NCBI GenBank assembly: GCA_947624445.1
Contig: CANQKF010000007.1
Location: forward strand, 1,782-65,781
From: an uncultured Clostridia bacterium
GTDB lineage: Bacteria > Bacillota > Clostridia > Christensenellales > Borkfalkiaceae
Reading direction: 5' to 3'
DNA: 64,000 nucleotides
Position numbers and translations under genes: made by a program. Each line of letters starts with the position of its first letter. Positions within the stretch are counted from its first letter, which is position 1. Under the pieces are notes generated by a model. That model saw nothing but the letters and a program-made list of their open reading frames with translations. It made no database searches and was not told the DNA's origin. This document shows positions 19,340 to 26,835 of the stretch, in pieces.

Positions 19340-19660
19340 CTTTGCCGCGCGATCCTCTGCGGCGCCGCAAAGCACGCTTTGGCACGGCGGAGGGCGGTAG
19401 GAGACGGTTGGAACGGCGGTTGCGGAGGGCACATGGGGACAGCGGAAGACCGTTCTCCCGAAGGCGGAAGGCAATTTTCGGCGCGGAAGCATGCAAAAAC
19501 GCGGCTCGGGTGCGGCCCTGCCGATTTTTCGCGTTCACTTTCTTGGATTTTGCAGTCGGCGGGCGGGGCGTGTGGTATAATCACCGTAGTTGCGCGCCGT
19601 TTAGAACCGCGCACGACGATCGAACATCGCGCGCATTGTGCGGAATCAAGGGGGACAGAG

Positions 19661-20560
19661 ATGAAAAAACGGCTTTTTGTTTTGGGCGCGGCGCTCGTGG
19701 TCGCGCTCGCGGGACTGTGCACGGGGTGCAAGGGGGGCGGCATGAAAGACAGAGTACTGCGGGAACTTCCCGCGGGGTTCAAGTATGAAATTGCATACGA
19801 AGATCACACTTTCGACTACACCGACAGCGAGGGCAAGAAGATCACCATCTTCGGGCAGATCTGCGCGCCCGAGGAGGAGGGCAAATATCCCGCCGTACTC
19901 CTCGGCCACGGCTTCAACGGACACTACACCGACTTCCCCGCCGAATGCAAGGCGTTCGCCGAGCGCGGATATGTGTGCTACGCCTACGATTTCTGCGGCG
20001 CTCAGGCGGGCGGCAGGAGCACGGGCAGGACAGCCGCCGACTACACCCCCTTCACGATGAAAGAGGACCTGCGCGCGGCCGTAAAGGACATCAAAAAACT
20101 GCCCAATGTGGACAGTTCGCAGGTGTTCCTCTTCGGGGGCAGCCAGGGCGGGTTTGTAACGGCGCTCACCGCGGCCGATCAGGACATGAAAGACGAGATC
20201 GCGGGCGTCGCCATGTACTTCCCCGCGCTCAACATTCCCGACGACTGGCGGGGCAAACCCGAAGTGGAGACCTCGCCCTTCCCGGGATTTTCGATCGGCG
20301 CGAAATACATCCATTCGGTGCAGGAGCTCGACCCCTACGCCGTCATCGGGGACTACAAAAAGGACGTCTGCATCGTCTGGGGGGACATGGACGGCATCGT
20401 CCGCCGCGAATATATCGACAGGGCGGTGACGGCTTACGGGGCGGCGCGGGTCGATCTCACGGTCATTCCGGGCGCGGGACACGGCTTCGGCGGCACGGCG
20501 CTCGATACGGCCGTGCAAAAGGTGCTCTCCTTCCTGGAAGCGCACACCTACGAAAGTTAA
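19661..20560 (+). CDS. Alpha/beta hydrolase lipoprotein
   Basis: ATG 19661 follows AAGGGGGACAGAG. MKKRLFVLGAALVVALAGLCTGC is a signal peptide plus lipobox. Nucleophile elbow FGGSQGG. Confidence 0.75.
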   Translation: MKKRLFVLGAALVVALAGLCTGCKGGGMKDRVLRELPAGFKYEIAYEDHTFDYTDSEGKKITIFGQICAPEEEGKYPAVLLGHGFNGHYTDFPAECKAFAERGYVCYAYDFCGAQAGGRSTGRTAADYTPFTMKEDLRAAVKDIKKLPNVDSSQVFLFGGSQGGFVTALTAADQDMKDEIAGVAMYFPALNIPDDWRGKPEVETSPFPGFSIGAKYIHSVQELDPYAVIGDYKKDVCIVWGDMDGIVRREYIDRAVTAYGAARVDLTVIPGAGHGFGGTALDTAVQKVLSFLEAHTYES

Positions 20561-20591
20561 CCCCGCGCCGCATCCATCTATAAATAAAGTT

Positions 20592-20623
20592 ACGGCCCCG
20601 CGGCATTCGCGGGACCGTTTTTT
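20592..20623 (+). terminator. Intrinsic terminator
   Basis: ACGGCCCCGCG-gcatt-CGCGGGACCGT (one mismatch) followed by T6. Confidence 0.75.
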
Positions 20624-20708
20624 GTCCGATGCGCCCGCATGATCACGCGGGGACGTATATCGATAAAATGCGGCGGGAACAACGTGACGGCAAACTCTTT
20701 CCTGCCGT

Positions 20709-21125
20709 TCATCTCTGCTGCAAGATCTGATCGAACTCATCGCGGTATCTCGTGTTGATGACGATTTTCTTATCCAAATAAAGCAGTTTGAACTGATAAA
20801 ACGCCGACATTCTCGAATATCTTTTATAGGTATATTCTTTGATATCGGAGAGCCGGATGATCACAGTTCGGAATAATGTTTTGAACCTGATTTCCTCTTT
20901 CGTTACGGTCAGATTATAGCGCCTTGCATATAAGAAACCGTAGAAGAAAAGACTCGCGAACAGCACTATGGTCGTTACAAGGAGTATCAGTTTTTTTATG
21001 GGATACTCCCAAAGATAAATCCCTCCGATCAAAACCACGATCGCCAATACAAGGAGCAGGATCATCATAACAAGCTCTATCTTGCTTTCCTTTTTCATGT
21101 CATCGCTTAAAAGAACTTCATCCAT
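20709..21125 (-). CDS. Low-G+C orphan membrane protein (two TM segments plus a C-terminal PH-like soluble domain)
   Basis: ORF 20709..21131. The second ATG (21125, MDEVLL) is preferred because GGAGGA directly abuts the first ATG. Hand counts give 20/60 and 23/60 G+C inside the gene against 41/60 in the flank. Confidence 0.65.
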   Translation of the reverse strand: MDEVLLSDDMKKESKIELVMMILLLVLAIVVLIGGIYLWEYPIKKLILLVTTIVLFASLFFYGFLYARRYNLTVTKEEIRFKTLFRTVIIRLSDIKEYTYKRYSRMSAFYQFKLLYLDKKIVINTRYRDEFDQILQQR

Positions 21126-21140
21126 TTGCATTCCTCCACA

Positions 21141-21166
21141 AAAAACGGCAGGGTCCCCCGCCGTTT
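21141..21166 (-). terminator. Intrinsic terminator after jag
   Basis: Minus strand reads AAACGGCGGGGGACCCTGCCGTTTTT (imperfect hairpin plus U-run). Confidence 0.65.
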
Positions 21167-21212
21167 CTTTTTGATTTGCCTTCGCCGCACCCGATGAGGG
21201 CCATTCGGCAGT

Positions 21213-22250
21213 TTACGATTCTTCCTTGGGATCGGCGGGCGTAGGCGTTTCATCCTCGCCCTTGCCGAGGTAGGTCCCGAAGAATCCCGAGAACCCGCCC
21301 TTCTTGTAGCCCGGCGTGCCGCCGCGGTTGAAGCTCGTCCCCGAGGATTCGGGCGTGGCGTCCTTGGGCAGCTCGCGCTTGGGATAGGGCTTGCGCTCGC
21401 CGTACTTCTTTTCGCCGTATTTGCCGCCCTTGCCGCGGTTGCCGTTGCCGTAGGGTTTTCCGCCGCGGCGGTCGCGGTCTCTGCCGCCCCTGCGGTCGTT
21501 TTTGAGCTGTTTGGGGATGATCACGACATACCGCATGGGCTCTTTGCCCTCGCTCTTCGTCGTGACCTCTTCGCTGTCGACGAGCGCCGAGTGGATGATC
21601 CTGCGCTCATAGGGGTTCATGGGTTCGAGGCGGATGCGCTTGCCCAGCCGCACCGCTTTCGCCGCGCTCTTCTCCGCGACGTGGCGGAGGGTCTCCTCGC
21701 GCTCCTCGCGGTAGTTCTCGCAGTCGACGACGACCCGCTTATACTCTTTCCTGCCCGTGTTGGCGACGGCGCCCGCAAGCGCTTGCAGGGCGTCGATCAG
21801 CTCGCCGCGGCGCCCGATGACGCCTTTCGAGCTCTCGGATTGCAGGTTGATGACGATCTTCTCCTCCTCGGAGACGAGAACGGGGCGGGCCTCGATGCCG
21901 ATCAAGGGGAAGATACCCTCCAAAAATGCGACGGCACGGGCGCCGTCCGAGCCCTTTTGCGCCTTCTCGCGCGTCTCTTGCGCCTTCTCCGCCTTTGCGG
22001 GCGCTTCTTTGGGAAGTTCCGCGGGCGCGGCCTTTTGCGCCGCTACGGGCGTCTCTGCGGGCGCCTCGGAGGCGGGCTCTGCGGGCTTCGCCCACACGGC
22101 GACTCTTGCGGGGATCGAGCCGAACAGCTTGCGCTTCCCCTGCTCCAAAATCTTGATCTCTGCCTGATCGCGGGTCAGCCCGAGCGCCTTGAGCCCTGCT
22201 TCGACCGCTTCTTCGGGCGTCTTGCCCGTAAATTCTTGATACTGCTCCAT
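21213..22250 (-). CDS. jag: RNA-binding protein Jag/KhpB with a long Arg/Gly/Lys-rich C-terminal extension
   Basis: Jag_N region (EFTGKTPEEAVEAGLKALGL), a KH region, and the R3H motif (YERRIIHSAL). A tail of about 110 aa follows (RRGGRDRDRRGGKPYGNGNRGKGGKYGEKKYG...). Confidence 0.9.
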   Translation of the reverse strand: MEQYQEFTGKTPEEAVEAGLKALGLTRDQAEIKILEQGKRKLFGSIPARVAVWAKPAEPASEAPAETPVAAQKAAPAELPKEAPAKAEKAQETREKAQKGSDGARAVAFLEGIFPLIGIEARPVLVSEEEKIVINLQSESSKGVIGRRGELIDALQALAGAVANTGRKEYKRVVVDCENYREEREETLRHVAEKSAAKAVRLGKRIRLEPMNPYERRIIHSALVDSEEVTTKSEGKEPMRYVVIIPKQLKNDRRGGRDRDRRGGKPYGNGNRGKGGKYGEKKYGERKPYPKRELPKDATPESSGTSFNRGGTPGYKKGGFSGFFGTYLGKGEDETPTPADPKEES

Positions 22251-22289
22251 GCGATCTCCTCACTCACGTGTTCTTTCTTTGCGCACGTG

Positions 22290-23795
22290 TTATTTTTTAT
22301 TTTTGCGGCGGGAAGCCTTGTTGTCCTTCTCCGCACCCTTCTTCTTTTCCATCCATTCGAAGGTCCGCCCGTATTCCGCGTGGATCTTTTCGGTCTCTTT
22401 CTTGCGGAAGGAATGGTCGAGAATGAGATTGGAAAAGACCGTGACCGCAAGCGAGAGAATGCTCGAGACGAGCATGTAGATGCTGAATGCCGCGCTGTAC
22501 AGGAAGGCGAAGATCGCGTAGATGAGCGGCATCATGACGAGCATGACTTTCTGCGTCGAGGCGCCCTGCCCGTCCACCGTCTGATACTGCGTGCTCTCCT
22601 TCTGGCTGCGCATGCTGATGAACTGCGAGAGCACCATCATGCCGATGGAGAGGATGATCAGGATAAAGTACCCGTTGGGCTGCGTTTTCTCCGTCTCGAG
22701 CTCCATCGTGAGCGCGTTGTACTGCTCTTCGGAGACGACGTTCTCGAGCTTTTCCTTCACCTTTTCGCCGCCGCGGATCACGGTGACGCTCCCCGTGATG
22801 CTCTTGAAGGAGCCATACGAGGGGATGGGGTGGTTATAGGAGACGTCGGGATACCACACGTTTTTCACCCACAGGAAGGAGGGACGGTTGCCGTCGTAGT
22901 GCTCCTTCGCGGCGAGCGCGCCGATCTTGTAGACGTGGTTTCTGTAGATCTTCTCCGTCTCCGCCGTTTTCTGCGCCTCGGTGAGCTCCGCGCTTTGGGC
23001 GATCGCCGCGATCTGCTCCTTTTCCTCCTCCGTGAGCAGCGGTTCAAGGAGCGCGGGATCGATCTCGTATTGGCGGTTGACCGACGATTCGAGATTGTAG
23101 AAATAGCTCAAATATTTCCCGGGCGCCGTGACCGAGAAATACTTCACGCCGTCCGTCTCCGTCATGGTATAGACGCAGTCCTCCCCTTCGATGGGCAGCA
23201 CCGCGCCGTTTTGCCAGCGGAACGTCATCTTCTCTTCGCCGTCCGCGCCGACGAGCGTGTAGCTGCCGTCCGCGCCGACGACCACGCCGCCGTTTTCGTC
23301 CTTTTTGAGGGTGTAATCGGTGCCGTTCGCCGAGTTCTCGAGCACCGCGCCGTTGAATGCGACCGACATCTCGGAAAACATCTGCAGATTTGCATACCGC
23401 GAATAGGCGCTGAATCCCGAGAAGGCGACGATCAGGATGACGAGCGAGAGGATCATGGGCAGGCAGGCGCCGAACATGCTGTACCCGTTCTTCTTGTAGA
23501 GCTCCATCATCTTGGCGCTGTACGTATCCTTATCGTTTGCGTACTGCTGCTGCAATTTCTCGAGGTCGTCCTTCATGTCGCGCATGATGAGGGTCTGCTT
23601 GCGCATCTTCACGCGCTGGACGATATCGAACGGCAAAGTGATCGCCTTCAGCACGAGGGTAAAGACGATGATGCCGAGGCCGACGATCCCGATGCCCTCG
23701 ATGATGACGCGCGCAAACTGACCGAGCCAATTCAGCCCGACCTGAAATCCTTGTTCCAGCAGCGTGATGCCGATGTTGTTCAATAACGATGCCAT
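22290..23795 (-). CDS. yidC: Membrane protein insertase YidC/SpoIIIJ family, 501 aa with a large inserted loop
   Basis: Core motifs LKAITLPFDIVQRVKMRK and ELYKKNGYSMFGACLPMIL, plus three C-terminal TM segments. A soluble insert of about 220 aa lies between TM2 and TM3. Confidence 0.9.
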   Translation of the reverse strand: MASLLNNIGITLLEQGFQVGLNWLGQFARVIIEGIGIVGLGIIVFTLVLKAITLPFDIVQRVKMRKQTLIMRDMKDDLEKLQQQYANDKDTYSAKMMELYKKNGYSMFGACLPMILSLVILIVAFSGFSAYSRYANLQMFSEMSVAFNGAVLENSANGTDYTLKKDENGGVVVGADGSYTLVGADGEEKMTFRWQNGAVLPIEGEDCVYTMTETDGVKYFSVTAPGKYLSYFYNLESSVNRQYEIDPALLEPLLTEEEKEQIAAIAQSAELTEAQKTAETEKIYRNHVYKIGALAAKEHYDGNRPSFLWVKNVWYPDVSYNHPIPSYGSFKSITGSVTVIRGGEKVKEKLENVVSEEQYNALTMELETEKTQPNGYFILIILSIGMMVLSQFISMRSQKESTQYQTVDGQGASTQKVMLVMMPLIYAIFAFLYSAAFSIYMLVSSILSLAVTVFSNLILDHSFRKKETEKIHAEYGRTFEWMEKKKGAEKDNKASRRKNKK

Positions 23796-23808
23796 AGGTT
23801 TCTTTTCG

Positions 23809-24075
23809 TCAAAGCAGCCACTTTCTCTTCCAGAACGCCTCGGGGGCGGGGTCGTATCCCCCCTTGGAGAAGGGATTGCACCGCAGGATGCGCCACATCC
23901 CGAGCAGGATGCCGCAGAGCACGCCGTAGTTGTTGATGCACCGCTTGGTATATTCCGAGCAGGTAGGCGTGTAGAGACAAGTGTGCTTGGAGAGATGTTT
24001 CTGGTAGAAGAGGATCGCGCGGACGCACAGCCCCTTCAAAATCGGCGGAAAGATATGCCGCCGAAGATAGCGCAA
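23809..24075 (-). CDS. yidD: Membrane protein insertion efficiency factor YidD
   Basis: FYQKHLSKHTCLYTPTCSEYTKRCINNYG and RILRCNPFSKGGYDP. No in-frame ATG lies near the conserved N-terminus. I propose TTG at 24075, so the start is uncertain. Confidence 0.65.
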   Translation of the reverse strand: MRYLRRHIFPPILKGLCVRAILFYQKHLSKHTCLYTPTCSEYTKRCINNYGVLCGILLGMWRILRCNPFSKGGYDPAPEAFWKRKWLL

Positions 24076-24091
24076 ATTCCCCCGGAATACC

Positions 24092-24424
24092 TTACGCCCG
24101 GGGACTTTCAAAGAGATCCGCTCTTTGGAAGAGCTTTTGGAGGTCGCGCGAAAACGCGGCGACGGAATAGGCGGGCGCGACCCTCGGGATGAGGAGCACC
24201 GCACAGGGAAGGAGCTGCGCTCCGAGGCCGCGGAAAGCCTCCCGCAGGAGGCGTTTGAGTCTGTTTCTCTGTACGCTTTTTCCATACTTTTTCCCGACGC
24301 AGACCGCCATAGAGAGCTCCTGCGCGGGAAGAAAGACCACCGTCAGCGTCTCCGCATGGAGACGGGTCCCCTTCTTCAGGACCCCGGTGATCTCCTTCGC
24401 CTTTTTCAGCCGACGGTACTTCAT
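24092..24424 (-). CDS. rnpA: Ribonuclease P protein component
   Basis: 110 aa with KSVQRNRLKRLLREAF; lies immediately downstream of rpmH. Confidence 0.9.
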   Translation of the reverse strand: MKYRRLKKAKEITGVLKKGTRLHAETLTVVFLPAQELSMAVCVGKKYGKSVQRNRLKRLLREAFRGLGAQLLPCAVLLIPRVAPAYSVAAFSRDLQKLFQRADLFESPRA

Positions 24425-24433
24425 TGCCTCGCG

Positions 24434-24568
24434 TTACGCGGAGATATGCTTTCTGCCCTTATTTCTTCTTCTCTTGAGGACCTTTCTTCCGCCCGCGGAC
24501 GCCATTCTCTGGCGGAAGCCGTGCACCTTGCTTCTTCTCTTCTTCTTGGGCTGATACGTTCTTTTCAT
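24434..24568 (-). CDS. rpmH: 50S ribosomal protein L34
   Basis: My own translation gives [44 protein letters not shown] (44 aa) after TAAGGAGTCATC. The ORF is too short for the ORF track. Confidence 0.95.
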   Translation of the reverse strand: MKRTYQPKKKRRSKVHGFRQRMASAGGRKVLKRRRNKGRKHISA

Positions 24569-24607
24569 GATGACTCCTTATTTGGCATTTATTTTCCTGT
24601 TGTTTAG

Positions 24608-24636
24608 ATTATACGGATTTTGCCCCGCGCCGTCAA
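24608..24636 (-). promoter_or_regulatory. Sigma-A-type promoter of rpmH-rnpA
   Basis: Minus strand reads TTGACG (24636..24631), a 17-nt spacer, then TATAAT (24613..24608). It starts 5 nt after the dnaN stop codon. Confidence 0.65.
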
Positions 24637-24640
24637 GCGA

Positions 24641-25741
24641 TTATGCGGCGTTTCTGACGGGTAAAATGAGGTACAGATTCTCTTTTCGCTCGAGATTTTG
24701 CAAAACAAACGGCGAAATGGGGCCGTTGAAGCGGAGCACGACCTTCTCTTCCCCGAGCGCGCGGAGGGCGTCGAGCAGGAATTTCGCGTTCATGGAGATC
24801 GTGAGGTCGATGCCCGTGTTGTCGCCCTTGATGGTCTCGGCGACGTTGCCGTAGTCGGAGACGGAGGAGATCTTCACCGTCTCCCCCTCGATGTCCACCG
24901 CGAGGGTGACGAGGTTGTTCTTATCGCCGCGGTTGAGGATGTTCGCGCGCTCCACGCTCGCGATGAGTTCCTCGCGGTCCGCGATCGCCTCCGTCGTGAA
25001 ACGGGTCGGGATGACGTTGTTGCGGTTGATGAATTCGTCGCGGTAGAGGCGGGAGACGATCGTCGTGTCGTCGCTGCGCACGAGCAGCATGCCACCCTGC
25101 GTGTAGAGGGTGATCTCCTCTTCGTCGCCGAGCATGCGCACGATCTCGGTGAGCGTGCGGGCGGGGCAGATGATGCTGCATGCCTCGCTCTTGGAGAGGA
25201 CCTCGGTGGAGGAGAGGGCGAGGCGGTAGCCGTCGAGCGCGATGACGTCGAGGCGGTCGGAGATCTCCATGAGGCAGCCCTTCAGTACGGGGCGGGAATC
25301 GTCCTGCGCGCAGCAGAAGGTCGTCTCGGCGATGATCTTGCGGAAATCGCTCTGGCGGAGCACGATGGAGTTTTCCCCGATCTCAAGGTTGATCGCGGGG
25401 AAATCCTCGGCGGAGAGCGCCTGCATGTAGGAGACGGAGTTGCGGTATTTGATCTCGAGCCCCTTCTCGCAGGTGGAAAAGGCGATCTCCTCCCCCGTGA
25501 GCTTGGCGGAGAAATCGGCGAAGAGCTTGCCCTGCACGCAGACCTCGCCTTCTTCGAGGACGTCCGCCTTCACGATCTTGCGGATGGAGAGTTCGCCGTC
25601 GGTCGCCAGAAGGGCGACGCCCTCCATCGTCGCCGTCACGCGGATGCATTCGAGAATGGGCGCCGTCGTCCGCACCGCGCACGCCTTGCTGACTTTCATG
25701 ACCGCTTCATAGAGGGTGAGGCCGTCGCACACGAATTTCAT
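24641..25741 (-). CDS. dnaN: DNA polymerase III beta sliding clamp
   Basis: ATG 25741 follows CCAAGGAGGAATCATCC. MKFVCDGLTLYEAVMKVSKA...; 366 aa, a typical DnaN length. The 124-aa upstream extension of the track ORF is rejected. Confidence 0.95.
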   Translation of the reverse strand: MKFVCDGLTLYEAVMKVSKACAVRTTAPILECIRVTATMEGVALLATDGELSIRKIVKADVLEEGEVCVQGKLFADFSAKLTGEEIAFSTCEKGLEIKYRNSVSYMQALSAEDFPAINLEIGENSIVLRQSDFRKIIAETTFCCAQDDSRPVLKGCLMEISDRLDVIALDGYRLALSSTEVLSKSEACSIICPARTLTEIVRMLGDEEEITLYTQGGMLLVRSDDTTIVSRLYRDEFINRNNVIPTRFTTEAIADREELIASVERANILNRGDKNNLVTLAVDIEGETVKISSVSDYGNVAETIKGDNTGIDLTISMNAKFLLDALRALGEEKVVLRFNGPISPFVLQNLERKENLYLILPVRNAA

Positions 25742-25780
25742 GGATGATTCCTCCTTGGATGCTTTTTTTATAAGATGATT

Positions 25781-25799
25781 TAATAATAATACTAATAAT
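25781..25799. promoter_or_regulatory. DnaA-trio-like trinucleotide array
   Basis: TAA TAA TAA TAC TAA TAA T, separated by CGC from two abutting DnaA-box-like sites. A further A/T-rich stretch lies at 25761..25780. Confidence 0.5.
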
Positions 25800-25802
25800 C
25801 GC

Positions 25803-25819
25803 TGTGGAAAGGTGGATAA
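25803..25819. promoter_or_regulatory. Two abutting DnaA-box-like sites
   Basis: TGTGGAAAG (2 mismatches) and GGTGGATAA (1 mismatch), compared with TGTGGATAA. Confidence 0.6.
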
Positions 25820-25929
25820 CTTGTCCGCCCTCCTTCCGTTACCCCTATTATAGCGAAAAACAGCGCAAAATTCAAGCAATTTTCCGCCGAATTCCTCCTC
25901 CCCCGCAAAAAATTCTGTGTGGAGCGCGC

Positions 25930-25976
25930 TGTGGACAGGCTGTGGACGGGCGGTGGACAACTCCCGCTTCTCCACC
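25930..25976. promoter_or_regulatory. Cluster of four DnaA-box-like sites
   Basis: TGTGGACAG at 25930, TGTGGACGG at 25941, GGTGGACAA at 25952 and TTCTCCACC at 25968, each with 2 mismatches. Confidence 0.5.
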
Positions 25977-26051
25977 GCGCGCAAAGGGCCTTGGCGCGGG
26001 GCGGCGGCGGGCGCGCGCTTTCCGCGAGGAATTCCGTCGGGACGCGGCGGG

Positions 26052-26082
26052 ATGTCCACACTTTCTTCCACATTGTGGAAAA
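26052..26082. promoter_or_regulatory. Cluster of three DnaA-box-like sites
   Basis: ATGTCCACA at 26052, TCTTCCACA at 26064 and TGTGGAAAA at 26074 (1-2 mismatches). Confidence 0.55.
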
Positions 26083-26106
26083 GGAAAACAACATTTCCCC
26101 AAAGAG

Positions 26107-26135
26107 TTGTCAAGTCCGTGAAATTGTGCTATAAT
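26107..26135 (+). promoter_or_regulatory. Sigma-A-type promoter of rsmG (extended -10)
   Basis: TTGTCA, a 17-nt spacer, then TGcTATAAT. The -10 ends 7 nt before the rsmG ATG. Confidence 0.6.
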
Positions 26136-26142
26136 TTCAGGC

Positions 26143-26835
26143 ATGGAAGCATGGGTCCCCGATTTTTCCGCGCTTTCCGCCCGCATGGAGGCGAAAAAAG
26201 CGCGGTTCGACGCATTTTTCGAATTGCTTGTTTCATACAATTCCCGCTGCAATCTCACCGCGGTCACGCAGCCGCGGGAGGTGAGATATAAACATTTTCT
26301 CGATTCCCTCGCGGGGGAATTCCTCTTTCCCGCGGGCGCGCGCTGCCTCGAGGTGGGCTCGGGCGCGGGATTTCCCTCCGTCCCCCTCATGCTCCTGCGC
26401 GAGGATCTCTTCTTCACGCTCGTCGAGAGCACGGGCAAGAAGTGCGCCTTCCTCGAGACGGCAAAGCGGGAGCTCGGGTTGCCCTGCGAGATCGTCTGCG
26501 CCCGCGCCGAGGAACTCGCCAAAGATTCCGCCCGCCGCGAGAAGTACGACGTCGTCTGCGCCCGCGCGGTCGCCCGTCTCGATACGCTCGCGGAGTACTG
26601 CGTCCCCTTCGTGAGACGCGGGGGGGCGTTTGTCGCTTATAAGGGGGTAGACGACGAGACCGCATGCGCGAAAAAGGCGCTCTTTGCGCTCGGCTGCGGG
26701 GCGGCGGAGGTCTACCGCTTCGAACTTCCCGAAGGCTTCGGCGCGCGCACCCTCGTCGCGGCGAAAAAAGAGCACATGACCCCGCCAAAGTACCCGCGCG
26801 GGAACGGCGCGGAACGAAGGAGACCCATCGCATGA
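26143..26835 (+). CDS. rsmG: 16S rRNA (guanine527-N7)-methyltransferase RsmG/GidB
   Basis: NLTAVTQPREVRYKHFLDSL and the SAM motif LEVGSGAGFPSVPL. The start could instead be the second ATG at 26185. Confidence 0.9.
   Translation: MEAWVPDFSALSARMEAKKARFDAFFELLVSYNSRCNLTAVTQPREVRYKHFLDSLAGEFLFPAGARCLEVGSGAGFPSVPLMLLREDLFFTLVESTGKKCAFLETAKRELGLPCEIVCARAEELAKDSARREKYDVVCARAVARLDTLAEYCVPFVRRGGAFVAYKGVDDETACAKKALFALGCGAAEVYRFELPEGFGARTLVAAKKEHMTPPKYPRGNGAERRRPIA

Larger units (their letters stand above)
25742..26142. other. Candidate chromosomal replication origin (oriC)
   Basis: Non-coding gap with an A/T tract, TAA trinucleotide repeats and at least nine DnaA-box-like 9-mers. It is flanked by dnaN and rsmG, and gene orientation diverges from this point. 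Confidence 0.65.

Noticed and set aside
21591-23786. 731-aa plus-strand ORF
   Set aside because: It is antisense to jag and yidC, both of which carry clear family motifs.
25742-26113. N-terminal 124-codon extension of the dnaN ORF (track 24641..26113)
   Set aside because: The extension crosses the A/T tract and the DnaA-box cluster, has no RBS and a junk composition. The ATG at 25741 has a perfect GGAGG and gives a canonical 366-aa clamp.
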